A stretch of DNA of 64,000 bases. It comes from an uncultured Chloroflexia bacterium. GTDB taxonomy: Bacteria > Chloroflexota > Limnocylindria > Limnocylindrales > CSP1-4. Numbering within the stretch: position 1 is the stretch's first letter; every line of letters starts with the position of its first letter. A program made the position numbers and the translations under genes. The DNA lies in contig CAWDFY010000004.1 in NCBI GenBank assembly GCA_963801745.1, forward strand, positions 640,312 to 704,311. Reading direction: 5' to 3'. Below are positions 10,517 through 20,721 of the stretch, one piece after another. The notes beneath the pieces were generated by a model that was given only the letters and a program-made list of their open reading frames with translations, made no database searches and was not told the origin of the DNA.

Positions 10517-12045
10517 CGACGCTCGGCGAGCTGCATCGCGCACTGTTCCCGACCGCCCGCCCGATCGGCTCGGCCGAGCTGGGGGAGGAACGTGCCGCTC
10601 GCGAGGTCGGATGGGTCCGTGTCCTCAAGCCACGCGTCCCGGCATTCGAGGCGCTCGAGACCGGCGATCTCGCCATCATCCCGGGCCCGGCGCTGGCGAT
10701 GGTCGCCCCGGGTCCGGCGCAGGTTCACGACCTGACGGTCGCGCTCGCGCGGGCCCGCGTGCCGGCCGTGCTGCTGGTCGAGGGCGATGCCGGCGGCGAC
10801 GCGCTCGAGGCCGTCGGCGACGCGGCCCACACCGCCGGACTGACCGCGCTCCACCTCGGTCGGACCGATCCGGCCGCCCTCGAGCGCAGCGTGATCGGGT
10901 TCCTCGTGAACCGGCGCGCCGAGCTTGACCGCCGCGCTGCGGACCTCGAGGCGCAGCTGGCCCGCTTCGCGCTCCTGGGTCGCGGGCTCGACGTCCAGGC
11001 CGCGACCATCGGCGCGTTCCTCGGGCGGGCCGTCGTCATCGAGGGTCGGCGCGGCGACCCGATCGCCGTCCATGCGCCGGCCGACCTGCCGGCCGCCGCC
11101 GCGGCCGTGGCCGGCTATCTGGCGCGTCCGACCGGCGCGGGCGCCCTGCGGATCGATATCCCGGCACCGGCCGGCGAGACCGGTGCCGGGGGCCGGCTGA
11201 TCCTGCTCGGGGACGAGCCGCCGAACGAGCTCGAGCGGATCGCCGCGGAACGTGTAGCGGCACTGCTCGCGCTCGAGCTGGCCCGCGACGAGGCGGTGCG
11301 CCAGGCCCGGGAGGAGACGCGCCGTGGGGACCCGCTCCCCGCCGACGGCCCACCGTGGGTCGTGATCCTCGCGGCCCAGGGCGCCTCCGACGGTCCGGAC
11401 GACATCGCCGCCCGCGAGGAGACCCGGGCCGAGCTGCGATTGCTCATGTCGACGCGGCGCCTCCTCCTCAGGGGCAGCTCCGAGAGTCTCGAGCTGCGGC
11501 TGGTCGCCGCGGCGCCCGCCGACGACCCGGACGGTCTCGCGACGGCCGGCCGGCTCGCCACCTTCCTCGACCGGACGGTCGCGGTGAGCCGCCCGTTCAA
11601 CGAGCCGGGTGCCCGGCCCGCGGCCGAGGCGGCGGCACGCGCGACGCTCGAGGCGGCCGACCTGCTGCCCGACCCGCCGCGCGTCGTGCGGGCGTCGCGC
11701 CTGCCCGCCTACCTGCTACTGGGGAACGTGCGCAACCTGCCCGACGGTGTCCGGCAGGCACGCGAGCTGCTGGCGCCGATCCTGGTCGGCCGTGCCGATG
11801 CGCAGCGCGAGCGGCTCGACACGCTCGCCGCGGTCCTCTCGTCGCCGAGCCTCGGCGAGGCGGCGGTGCGGCTCGGGGTGCACCGCAACACGATCGCCTA
11901 CCGCGTCCAACGGCTCGAGGAACGGGCCGATTGGGACCTCGCGGACCCCGAGCTCCGCGTGGCGCTGCTGCTGGCGGTGAGAGTCATGCAAAATGCACAA
12001 GAACCCAGGGACGCACCGGTACTGACCCGCAACCCGGTCGCCTGA
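10513..12045 (+). CDS. PucR-family transcriptional regulator
   Basis: GTG start overlaps the resB stop (GTGA). C-terminal PucR HTH (LGEAAVRLGVHRNTIAYRVQRLEE). The upstream part of the 874-aa ORF 9421-12045 is antisense-frame noise over resB. Confidence 0.75.
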   Translation: MTTLGELHRALFPTARPIGSAELGEERAAREVGWVRVLKPRVPAFEALETGDLAIIPGPALAMVAPGPAQVHDLTVALARARVPAVLLVEGDAGGDALEAVGDAAHTAGLTALHLGRTDPAALERSVIGFLVNRRAELDRRAADLEAQLARFALLGRGLDVQAATIGAFLGRAVVIEGRRGDPIAVHAPADLPAAAAAVAGYLARPTGAGALRIDIPAPAGETGAGGRLILLGDEPPNELERIAAERVAALLALELARDEAVRQAREETRRGDPLPADGPPWVVILAAQGASDGPDDIAAREETRAELRLLMSTRRLLLRGSSESLELRLVAAAPADDPDGLATAGRLATFLDRTVAVSRPFNEPGARPAAEAAARATLEAADLLPDPPRVVRASRLPAYLLLGNVRNLPDGVRQARELLAPILVGRADAQRERLDTLAAVLSSPSLGEAAVRLGVHRNTIAYRVQRLEERADWDLADPELRVALLLAVRVMQNAQEPRDAPVLTRNPVA

Positions 12046-12121
12046 TATCGTGTCCTCCCGAGGTGTCGTGCCGCCGACTTTGGTGCGGCATGCACAAACG
12101 GACGGAGGACCACGTATCGCG

Positions 12122-13579
12122 ATGACCACGCTCGAACGGATCCCCAGCGGCGTCGCCGCCCCGACCACGACCGTCGCCGATGTCCTGTCCCTGGCCCGCG
12201 AGGCGGGCGTCCTCATCGTCGACCTTCGGTTCGTCGACCTGCCCGGCCAGTCGCAGCACTTCAGCATCCCGGTGAAGGACCTCAGCGAGGACCTGTTCAT
12301 CGACGGGATCGGCTTCGATGGCTCGAGCATCCGCGGCTTCCAGCAGATCCACGAGTCGGACATGCTCCTCATGCCCGACCCGACCACGGCCTACGTTGAT
12401 CCGACCCTCGAGATCACGACGCTGATCCTGAGCTGCGACGTCGTCGAGCCGGGCAGCCGCGAGCCGTACAGCCGCGACCCGCGCTACGTCGCCCGCAAGG
12501 CCGAGCGGTATCTCTCCGAGAGCGGCATCGCGACGACCTCGTTCTGGGGTCCAGAGGTCGAGTTCTACATCTTCGACTCGCTCCGCTTCGACACCGCTGG
12601 CCACCGGTCGATGTACGAGATCGACTCCGACGAGGGCATCTGGAACTCGGCCCGCAACGGGACGCCCAACCTTGCCCACCGCCCGCGACCGAAGGAGGGC
12701 TACTTCCCGGTCCCACCGATGGACACGCTCCAGGACCTGCGCAGCCGGATGGTCCTGGCGATGCAGGCGTCGGGCATCGACGTCGAGGTCCAGCACCACG
12801 AGGTCGGCGGCCCCGGCCAGTCCGAGATCGACATCCACTACGGGACCCTCGTCGAGACCGCCGACAAGGTGCTTCGCTACAAGTACATCGTCAAGCAGGT
12901 CGCTCACGCCGCCGGCAAGGTCGCCACGTTCATGCCCAAGCCGCTCTACGGCGACAACGGCTCGGGGATGCACACCCACCAGAGCCTGTGGAAGGACGGC
13001 ACCAACCTCTTCTACGACGAGAAGGGCTACGCGCTGCTGTCGGACACCGCGCGCTGGTACATCGGCGGGTTGCTCAAGCACGCCAAGGCGGTGCTCGCCT
13101 TCGCCGCGCCGACGACCAACTCGTATCGCCGGCTGGTCCCTGGCTACGAGGCCCCGATCAACCTCGTCTACTCGCAGCGCAACCGCTCGGCCTGCATCCG
13201 CATCCCGACGTACTTCACGACGCCCGGTGCCCGACGGCTCGAGTTCCGCTCGCCCGACCCGACCTGCAACCCGTACCTGTCGTTCAGCGCGCAGCTGCTC
13301 GCCGGTCTCGATGGCGTCATCAACAAGATCGAGCCGCCGACGCCGGTCGACGCCGACATCTACGAGCTGAGCGCCGAGGAGAAGGCCGGCATCGACGGCA
13401 CCCCGGGCTCGCTCGAGGAGGCGCTCGACGCGCTCGAGGCCGACCAGGAGTTCCTGTATCGCGGCGACGTCTTCACCAAGGACGTGGTCGACGCCTGGCT
13501 CGACTTCAAGCGGGCCGGCGCCAAGGAGGTCCAGCTCCGGCCGCATCCGTACGAGTTCTATCTCTACAGCGAGATGTAG
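12122..13579 (+). CDS. glnA: Glutamine synthetase type I
   Basis: Intact. Motifs FDGSSIRGF, HHEVGGPGQSEID, KPLYGDNGSGMHTHQSLW and NSYRRLVPGYEAP. GGAGGA RBS upstream of ATG 12122. Confidence 0.9.
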   Translation: MTTLERIPSGVAAPTTTVADVLSLAREAGVLIVDLRFVDLPGQSQHFSIPVKDLSEDLFIDGIGFDGSSIRGFQQIHESDMLLMPDPTTAYVDPTLEITTLILSCDVVEPGSREPYSRDPRYVARKAERYLSESGIATTSFWGPEVEFYIFDSLRFDTAGHRSMYEIDSDEGIWNSARNGTPNLAHRPRPKEGYFPVPPMDTLQDLRSRMVLAMQASGIDVEVQHHEVGGPGQSEIDIHYGTLVETADKVLRYKYIVKQVAHAAGKVATFMPKPLYGDNGSGMHTHQSLWKDGTNLFYDEKGYALLSDTARWYIGGLLKHAKAVLAFAAPTTNSYRRLVPGYEAPINLVYSQRNRSACIRIPTYFTTPGARRLEFRSPDPTCNPYLSFSAQLLAGLDGVINKIEPPTPVDADIYELSAEEKAGIDGTPGSLEEALDALEADQEFLYRGDVFTKDVVDAWLDFKRAGAKEVQLRPHPYEFYLYSEM

Positions 13580-13602
13580 CGAGCACCCATCCGCGAGACC
13601 CG

Positions 13603-13624
13603 CCCGGCTGCGGCAGCAGCCGGG
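13603..13624 (+). terminator. Stem-loop downstream of glnA
   Basis: CCCGGCTGC-GGCA-GCAGCCGGG, a 9-bp GC stem located 24 nt after the glnA stop. No clear T-tract. Confidence 0.4.
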
Positions 13625-13661
13625 CGTATCCTTCTGCCCGATACCGACGAGGAGGAACCCG

Positions 13662-15028
13662 TTGACCGTCGCGACGAGTCCTGACGCCAGCGCCAAGATC
13701 GAGGCCGCCAAGGAGAGCGGCATCCGCTTCGTCCAGCTCCAGTTCACCGACATCATCGGCCACGTCAAGGCCGTCACGATCCCGATCCACCAGCTCGACG
13801 GCTCGGTCAAGCACGGGACGTGGTTCGACGGCTCGTCGATCGAGGGGTTCACCCGGATCGCCGAGTCCGACCAGTACCTGATGCCGGACATGGATACCTT
13901 CGCCGAGATCCCGTGGCAGCCGGGGTCCGGGCCGCGCGGCACGGCACGGGTCATCTGCGACGTGTACACGCCCAACGGCGAGGCCGTTCGTCGGCGATCC
14001 CGCGCTGGGTGCTGCGGCGCCAGGTCGAGCGGGCGAAGAAGCTGGGCTACATCGTGCAACACCGGGCCCGAGCTCGAGTTCTTCCTGTTCCGCCGAGGCG
14101 AGGACGGCGCGATCGAGCCGCTGCCCCACGACCAGGCCGGCTACTTCGACTTCTCGACCGACCTGGCCCAGGAGATCCGCCAGGACATGGTCGACGCGCT
14201 CGAGGCGTTCGGCATCAGGGTCGAGGCGGCCCACCACGAGGTGGCGGTCGGCCAGCACGAGATCGACTTCGAGTACTCCGATGCGCTGCGCACCGCCGAC
14301 AACGCCATCACCTTCAAGTTCGCGCTCAAGGCGATCGCCCAGCAGCACGGCCTGTACGCGACGTTCATGCCGAAGCCGATCCACGGCATCAACGGCTCGG
14401 GGATGCACACCCACCAGTCGCTGTACTCGATCGCCGAGGGACGCAACGCGTTCGCCGACGCCGGGAACCCGTACGGGCTGTCCGATGTGGCTCGGTCGTA
14501 CATGGCCGGCATCCTCGCTCACGCCCGCGGCATGATCGCCGTCCTGGCGCCGTTGGTGAACTCGTACAAGCGGCTCGTGCCCGGGTACGAGGCGCCGACC
14601 TACCTGACCTGGGGTCGCACGAACCGGTCGGCGCTGATCCGCGTGCCGATGGTCTCACCCGGCAAGTCGATCGAAGGGACCCGCGGCCGAGGTTCGCTGC
14701 CCCGACCCGTCGTCGAATACCTACCTGGCGTTCGCGGCGATGATCGCGGCCGGGCTCGATGGCGTCGAGCAGGGGCTGTCGCTTGCCGAGCCGGTCGAGG
14801 AGATCGCTGTTCGAGATGGACGCCAGCAGGATCGCCGAGAAGGGCATCCGGGAGCTGCCCGGCACGCTGGGCGAGGCGCTCGACGAGCTCGAGCGCGACG
14901 AGGTCATCCGCGACGCGCTCGGCGACCACATCTTCGAGCACTATGTGGATGCCAAGCGGGCCGAGTGGGACGAGTACCGGACCCAGGTATCCGACTGGGA
15001 GGTCGAGCGCTACCTCGACGAGTTCTAG
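13662..15028 (+). pseudogene. Second glutamine synthetase (GlnA2-like), at least five +1 frameshifts
   Basis: GAGGAGGA RBS and TTG start. Motifs FTDIIGHVK, FDGSSIEGF, HHEVAVGQHEIDF, KPIHGINGSGMHTHQSL and NSYKRLVPGYEAP. Frame path 0>1>2>0 between 13980 and 14060 (GEA|FVGDP|RWVLRRQVERAKKLGYI|NTGPELEFF), with further shifts at 14690-14800. Confidence 0.85.
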
Positions 15029-15043
15029 AGGGGAGCGGCAAAC

Positions 15044-15298
15044 GTGGAACCCATCCTCATCGGGAGCGGGCTCTTCATCCTCGCGGCGGTCGTGTGGGTC
15101 GTCTGCGCGATCTACGCGTACCGCACGGCGCCCGGTTTCGGCCGCGGGGCTGTGACGTGGGGCATCCTCGGGATCATCTTCGGCCCGATCGCCCTGATGA
15201 TCCTGTACGTGCTCCCCAAACGCGAGCCGAAACCCGGCCACGGCAAGCGTCGATCCGACCCGCGAACGGGGTTGTACGAGAAGCCGCACAAGGACTGA
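15044..15298 (+). CDS. Small two-TM membrane protein
   Basis: 84-aa ORF with a GTG start, two hydrophobic helices and a basic tail. Confidence 0.45.
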   Translation: MEPILIGSGLFILAAVVWVVCAIYAYRTAPGFGRGAVTWGILGIIFGPIALMILYVLPKREPKPGHGKRRSDPRTGLYEKPHKD

Positions 15299-15498
15299 GC
15301 TCTTCGCGGTACCCGCGCAGCGGGCCACCCGCGCGGGTCGTGTCCGGCAACATTCGCTCCGCGAATATGGCTGCTCGAACATGGGCGACGCAGCGCGCGT
15401 CCGCATTCGGTACGGGAATGATGCCGGACATGCCTTGGCGAAACGCGGGCGCCCGGCGATAACGGCCGGGTGAGCGTCCGCGGCCATCATCCTCGAGC

Positions 15499-16032
15499 AT
15501 GGATGCGGAAGAGCTCGGACGTGGACTGCGCCGTGGGCGATACGCCGCCAGGAAGCGCCAGCGCGATGTCGGCTCTGCCATCGGCGTGTCGCAGCCGGTC
15601 ATCAGCCGGATGGAGCTCGGACATGGGGGCCACCTGTCAATAGATCTCTGGGCCGCGGCCGCGCGAGCTGTCGACATGCGCATGGAGGTCGGCATCGTTC
15701 ACCGGCGGGAGGACCCGACGGCCGATGGTCGTCGGTGCCATCGGCTGGTCGGCGAGGTCGCGCGTCGCGGCGGGTGGTCCGCCGTGACGGAGATCGAGCG
15801 CGGCGACATCGAGACTGTGATCGCTCGCACGGGCTCGACCGGCGAACGGCCCCGGGAAGTCGCCGTCGTACGGGTGTGGGACGAAGTCACGCGCGTCGAG
15901 CGGGCGACAGAGATCCTCCTTGACAGCGCCGCTCGAGAACGTGAGCGGAGCGTTGAACCGACGATCGTCAGCGCCTTGGTTGTGGTGACGGCGAACGGGT
16001 CGAATTCGACGACGGATCTCGGAGTCCCGTGA
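15499..16032 (+). CDS. XRE-family HTH protein with uncharacterised C-terminal domain (paralog type of 56150-56920)
   Basis: HTH (RQRDVGSAIGVSQPVISRMELG), then a domain that aligns by eye with the C-terminal domain of the 56150 protein (H...IETV...VAVVRVWDE...VVVT). Confidence 0.55.
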   Translation: MDAEELGRGLRRGRYAARKRQRDVGSAIGVSQPVISRMELGHGGHLSIDLWAAAARAVDMRMEVGIVHRREDPTADGRRCHRLVGEVARRGGWSAVTEIERGDIETVIARTGSTGERPREVAVVRVWDEVTRVERATEILLDSAARERERSVEPTIVSALVVVTANGSNSTTDLGVP

Positions 16033-16228
16033 GCTTCTCGCGCCGATCTTCCGGGCGTCTGGACGGGACTGGTCGGGTGCGTTGACGAACCCGCGCCGGA
16101 GAATGCCCATGGTACCTGGCATCCTGTGGGCCTTCGCGGGGTGTGGTCGCCTCAGGCCCGCTCCGTTGGTGCCCGGCTGGATCTGGACCCTGCCCACCGA
16201 CGCGCCGCGGTTCGCTCGCGCGCGATAG

Positions 16229-17602
16229 TCACGGCCCGATCGGTAGCGTGAACTGGAACGTCGAGCCGGCGGCCGGGCGGCTCGTCAGCCACAGGCGACC
16301 GCCGTGGTGCTCGACGATCTCGCGGCAGATCGGCAGCCCGAGGCCGGTGCCGTGCGGGCGGTCGGGCCGCGTGTCGCCGGCCTGGGCGAACGGCTCGAAG
16401 ACCTTCGCCTGATCGGCATCGGCGATGCCGATGCCGGTGTCGGACACGGCAACCTGGACAGCGTCGGCGGCGGCCTCATGCCACGCCACGATCGTGATCG
16501 AGCCCTCGGGCGTGAACTTCACCGCGTTCGAGATCAGGTTGATGACGACCTGCACGAGGCGATCGGGGTCTCCGACGATCGTCGGCAGGTCGGGCGCCAC
16601 GTCGACGATGAGCCTGGGCCCGGCGCCCTCCTCGAGCAGCGACGCGGTCGCGTTCGTGGCGCGCCCGATGACCTCCGCCACGTCGACGCGCTCGGACCGC
16701 CACTCGACGCGGCCCGCCTCGATCTTGGCCAGGTCGAGCGTCTCGTTGATGAGCGACGTGAGCCGATCGCCCTCCTGGACGATGATGTCGAGGTTCTCGA
16801 CGACCTGACGGATGGCGCGCTCGACCTTCGGGTCGTCGGTCGGGCCGACGGCCGGCACGATCACCTCGGTCAGCCGCTTGGAGATCAGCTTCGAGAACCC
16901 GACGACCGAGGTGAGCGGCGTGCGCAGCTCGTGGCTGACGTTCGACAGGAAGCGGCTCTTGGTCTCGGTCGCGGCCTCCGCCACCCGGCGCGCCTCGACG
17001 AGGTCGGCCGTCCGCTCGACGACCCGCCGTTCCAGCGCCGACTTCTGCTCCTCGAGCTCCGCGTAGAGACGGGCGTTCTCGATGCCGCCGGCGATGAGGC
17101 TCCCGACCGTGTACAGCAACGGGCCGTCGCCCGGCAGCACGTCGCGGCCGGTGCGCCGGTTGTCGACCGCCAGCACCCCGACGGTCCGTCCCTTCGTGAC
17201 GAGCGGCGTGCCGAGGAACGACGCCACCTCGAGCAGTCCAGCGAACTCGCGGTTGCCCGGGTCGGGGTCCTGGTCGACGTCGCGGAACAGCAACGGCCCG
17301 TCGGCCCGGGCGATGCGGCACAGCAGCGCCGCCTCGAGATCCAGGGGGAGTTCCAGCTCGCCGATCCGGGCCGCCATCTCGGCGCTTCCGCCGATCGACC
17401 GCCCGTCGGTCAGCACGCCGCGGTCCGGGTCGACCAGCAGGATCAGCGCACGGTCGAACCGGAGGTGCCGGGTGACGGCGGCCAGGGCCCGGTCGATCAG
17501 CTCGTCGCGGTCGAGCGTCGAGCTGACCGCGAGACCGAGCTCGTTGAGCGTCATCAGCTCGGCGAGGCGCTGCTCGGCGAGCGCCTCGGGGGAGAGCGTC
17601 AT
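16229..17602 (-). CDS. GAF-domain sensor histidine kinase
   Basis: GAF region, HisKA H-box (FLSNVSHELRTPL) and HATPase N/G boxes (NLISNAVKFT, DTGIGI, GTGLGL). The ATG overlaps the upstream stop (ATGA). Confidence 0.85.
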   Translation of the reverse strand: MTLSPEALAEQRLAELMTLNELGLAVSSTLDRDELIDRALAAVTRHLRFDRALILLVDPDRGVLTDGRSIGGSAEMAARIGELELPLDLEAALLCRIARADGPLLFRDVDQDPDPGNREFAGLLEVASFLGTPLVTKGRTVGVLAVDNRRTGRDVLPGDGPLLYTVGSLIAGGIENARLYAELEEQKSALERRVVERTADLVEARRVAEAATETKSRFLSNVSHELRTPLTSVVGFSKLISKRLTEVIVPAVGPTDDPKVERAIRQVVENLDIIVQEGDRLTSLINETLDLAKIEAGRVEWRSERVDVAEVIGRATNATASLLEEGAGPRLIVDVAPDLPTIVGDPDRLVQVVINLISNAVKFTPEGSITIVAWHEAAADAVQVAVSDTGIGIADADQAKVFEPFAQAGDTRPDRPHGTGLGLPICREIVEHHGGRLWLTSRPAAGSTFQFTLPIGP

Positions 17603-18345
17603 GCGCGGCGGAGGGCGGCCTCGTGGACCCGCGCCTGGGCCAGGGTCGGGGCGGTGAGCGAGGCGATCGCGCTGAGCACCTTGAGATCCGAGGCGCGGTA
17701 CTCGACCGGGCTGGTCGACGCCGTGCCGATGACGCCGATCCGCTCCCCACGGACCTTGAGCGGGGCGGCGACGAGCGAGGCAGTACCCCGTTCCGCCTCG
17801 GACGCGCGAGGATCCCCCGCCACGTCGTTGACGATCTCCGCGTCGCCGGCCAGCACCGCGCCGAGGATGCCGCCGTCGAGCCGGTCGCGATCCGGCCCGT
17901 CGCGCAGGACGAGGAAGCCCTCGCCACCGCCCGGCAGCCGGCCGGCCTCCTCGACCGCGACCGCGGCCACGGCATCGACCTCGAGCGTGGCGCCGATCGT
18001 CTCGGACAGGTCGTAGATCAGGCTCAGCTCGCGATAGCGGTCGAGCGCCTCGCGGGCTAGGGCGCGCTTGTCGGTCTCGCGGGCACAGGCGTAGGACAGC
18101 ACTGCAGCGACAGCGCCCGACGGTCGCGGGCCCTCGACCCAGCCGACGGTCCGGCCCTCGACGGTGATCGGGTGCCGCTCGACCGGCGCGTCCGCGGGTG
18201 CCCCGCCGACCTGGCGGTCGAGGACGACGCCACCCTCGGAGTCGGTGATCGTGACGCGGGCGTCGGTGCCGGCCAGCAGCACCGACAGCATCGGCGCGAC
18301 ATGGCGGTGACGGACGATGAGCCGGCGGAGCTCGGCCGGCTCCAT
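17599..18345 (-). CDS. GAF-domain protein (no output domain)
   Basis: 248-aa ORF with a GAF-like C-terminal half (ELSLIYDLSETIGATLEVD...APLKVRGERIGVIG). Translationally coupled on both sides. Confidence 0.65.
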   Translation of the reverse strand: MEPAELRRLIVRHRHVAPMLSVLLAGTDARVTITDSEGGVVLDRQVGGAPADAPVERHPITVEGRTVGWVEGPRPSGAVAAVLSYACARETDKRALAREALDRYRELSLIYDLSETIGATLEVDAVAAVAVEEAGRLPGGGEGFLVLRDGPDRDRLDGGILGAVLAGDAEIVNDVAGDPRASEAERGTASLVAAPLKVRGERIGVIGTASTSPVEYRASDLKVLSAIASLTAPTLAQARVHEAALRRA

Positions 18346-18725
18346 CAGCGCTCGAGTCCCAGCGCGCTGCGTGCGCGGCGCAGGAGGTCGTCGGGGTCGA
18401 AGGGCTTGGTGACGTACTGGTCCGCGCCGGCGGCCAGTCCCTGCTCACGATCGTAGGCCTGGCCCTTGGCGGTGAGCATGATCACGGTCGTCGCGGCCGA
18501 GGCAGGATCGGCCTTGATCGCGCGGGCGACCTCGAACCCGTCCCGGCGGGGCATCTGCACGTCGAGGAAGACGAGGTCGGGGCGCTGGTTCGCGACGACG
18601 TCGAGCGCCTCCTGCCCGTCAGCCGCCGTCAGCAGCTCGACACCGTCGTCCTCGAGCTCCTCGAGCGTCTGTTCGATGAGCAGGCGGATGTGCTGCTCAT
18701 CGTCGACGATGAGGACGGTCGGCAT
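18345..18725 (-). CDS. Single-domain CheY-like response regulator
   Basis: MPTVLIVDDE...DLVFLDVQMP...LTAKG...KPF receiver motifs. GGAGG RBS. The stop overlaps the next ATG. Confidence 0.85.
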   Translation of the reverse strand: MPTVLIVDDEQHIRLLIEQTLEELEDDGVELLTAADGQEALDVVANQRPDLVFLDVQMPRRDGFEVARAIKADPASAATTVIMLTAKGQAYDREQGLAAGADQYVTKPFDPDDLLRRARSALGLER

Positions 18726-18797
18726 CGAAACCTCCGACGTGACGGGGTCAGGGACCGGACGGGAACGGCCCAAGGATACGGCACCGATTCCGGCAAG

Positions 18798-20015
18798 ATG
18801 GGCCTCGTGATGGAAGTCCGGCCGGGTCGCTCGCTCGGCCTGTTGTCGGTCGCCCATGCGGTCAACCACGCGTTCGCCGTCCTGCTCCCGCTGATCTTCC
18901 TGGCGATCATCGACGAGTTCGGCGTGACCGTGCAGTCGGTCGCGTTCCTCGCCGCCGCGGGCTCGATCTGCGCCGGCGTCGTCCAGCTCAGCTACGCCGA
19001 GCTGACCCGCCGCGTCTCGCGCCGGCGGCTGCTGGGGCTCGGCGGCATCCTGTTCGGTGGCGGGTTCGCGGCGATGGCGCTCGCGGTGAACTTCGTGACC
19101 TTCTCGATCCCGAACCTCGTCGCCCGGATCGGCACCTCGCCCCAGCACCCGGTCGGCAACGGGCTCCTCGCCGAGCAGTACCCACCCGAGCGGCGCGGCT
19201 TCGCGATCAGCGCCCACATCGCGGGTGGCAACGTCGGGACCGTGGTCGTGGCGGTGATCGGCACGCCGCTGCTCGCGCTCATCGGCTGGCGCGGGGTCTC
19301 GGTCGTGTTCGGCGTGGCCGCGATCGTCATCGCCCTCGCCATCCTGGGCCTCATCCGCGAACGGGGTACCGACCGGGCGGCGGCCCGCGCCGGCGGCAGC
19401 AGCATCGACGCGCTCCGGAAGGTTCTCGCGGACCGCGACCTCCGCTGGCTGTTCCTGACGTCCGTCCTGGGCGGCGGAGGTCGCGGGCTCGGCGTGGTCA
19501 ACCTGTTCGCCCTGATCTACATGACCCGCGTCCTCGGCCTGGACGACGCGACGTCGGGCCTGATGTACGGCGCGCTGATCCTGTTCAGCGTGCCGATGCC
19601 GCTGCTCGCCGGCTGGGCGTCGGACCGGTTCGGGCGCAAGCCGCTGATCATCCTCGCCTATCTCGGCGGCGCGATCGGCTTCGGCGTGTTCATCCTCGGC
19701 GGGTCGTCGATGGTGTGGCTGTGGGCGGGCATCGTGCTCATGGGCCTCTTCTCGTTCGCCGAGTCGCCCCAGCTCCAGGCGCTGCTCGCCGACATCGCGC
19801 CACCCGCCACCCGCGACGCGTCATACGCCCTGTACTTCACGCTGGCGTTCGGGGTCGGGTCGCTGTGGACCGCGCTGTACGGCACGGTCATCGAGGTGCT
19901 CGGCGAGCCGACCGGCATCCCGGTCGTCTTCGGGCTCATGGCGCTGTCGTTCCTCGCCGCAGCGCTCACGACGTTGCCCATCCGCACCGAACGGACGGAA
20001 GGGCAGGGAGGCTAG
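18798..20015 (+). CDS. MFS transporter
   Basis: About 12 predicted TM helices and an MFS loop motif (DRFGRKP). Divergent from the response regulator gene. Confidence 0.8.
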   Translation: MGLVMEVRPGRSLGLLSVAHAVNHAFAVLLPLIFLAIIDEFGVTVQSVAFLAAAGSICAGVVQLSYAELTRRVSRRRLLGLGGILFGGGFAAMALAVNFVTFSIPNLVARIGTSPQHPVGNGLLAEQYPPERRGFAISAHIAGGNVGTVVVAVIGTPLLALIGWRGVSVVFGVAAIVIALAILGLIRERGTDRAAARAGGSSIDALRKVLADRDLRWLFLTSVLGGGGRGLGVVNLFALIYMTRVLGLDDATSGLMYGALILFSVPMPLLAGWASDRFGRKPLIILAYLGGAIGFGVFILGGSSMVWLWAGIVLMGLFSFAESPQLQALLADIAPPATRDASYALYFTLAFGVGSLWTALYGTVIEVLGEPTGIPVVFGLMALSFLAAALTTLPIRTERTEGQGG

Positions 20016-20029
20016 GGCATACTCCCGCC

Positions 20030-20716
20030 GTGGACGCGAGGATCCTGCTCGTCGAGGACGACCCGTCGATCCGGGAAGTGACCGCGATCGGGCTGCGCAA
20101 TGCCGGCTTCACGGTCGAGGCCGCGGACGACGGACGGGCCGGGCTCGACCGGTTCGCGGCCGCGCCGTTCGACCTGGTGCTGCTCGACGTCATGCTGCCG
20201 CGGATCGACGGCCTCGAGGTCGCCCGCGAGATCCGGCGCACGTCCACGGTCCCCATCGTGATGCTGACGGCCCGTGGCGACACCATCGACGTCGTGGTCG
20301 GGCTCGAGGCGGGCGCCGACGACTACGTAGTCAAGCCATACGAGCTGCCCGAGCTCGTCGCCCGCGTCCGGGCCGCCCTCCGCCGGGTCGGGCGAGCCGA
20401 CGAGGACCCGACCCCGCAGCTCCGGCTCGGGCCGCTCCGGATCGACCTCGCCGGCCGCACCGTCAGGCGCAACGGGAACGGCGACATCCCGCTGACCCGC
20501 ACCGAGTTCGACCTCCTTGTCGAGCTCGCCCGCCACCCCGGCCAGGTCCTGGCACGCGACACGCTGCTCGACCGGATCTGGGGCTACGACTACCTCGGCG
20601 ACTCGCGGCTGGTGGACGTCGCCGTCGGTCGGCTGCGGGCCAAGGTCGAGACCGACCCGTCGGTGCCCGAGCTGATCCTCACCGTCCGCGGGGCGGGCTA
20701 CAAGGCCGCGCGGTAG
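20030..20716 (+). CDS. mtrA: OmpR/PhoB-family response regulator, MtrA-like
   Basis: Receiver plus winged helix. Closely resembles remembered MtrA sequence (PIVMLTA..DT.DVV.GLE.GADDY..KP, LTVRGAGYKA). Followed by a kinase and a lipoprotein, as in mtrAB-lpqB. Confidence 0.8.
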   Translation: MDARILLVEDDPSIREVTAIGLRNAGFTVEAADDGRAGLDRFAAAPFDLVLLDVMLPRIDGLEVAREIRRTSTVPIVMLTARGDTIDVVVGLEAGADDYVVKPYELPELVARVRAALRRVGRADEDPTPQLRLGPLRIDLAGRTVRRNGNGDIPLTRTEFDLLVELARHPGQVLARDTLLDRIWGYDYLGDSRLVDVAVGRLRAKVETDPSVPELILTVRGAGYKAAR

Positions 20717-20721
20717 GCCGG

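Noticed and set aside
11984-14062. 692-aa ORF antisense to glnA
   Set aside because: This is a typical high-GC antisense ORF with an Arg/Gly/Asp-rich low-complexity translation. The plus strand carries unmistakable glutamine synthetase motifs.
16304-18016. 570-aa plus-strand ORF across the histidine kinase locus
   Set aside because: It is antisense to a well-supported GAF/HisKA/HATPase gene, and its translation is Arg/Asp/Gly-rich with no motifs.
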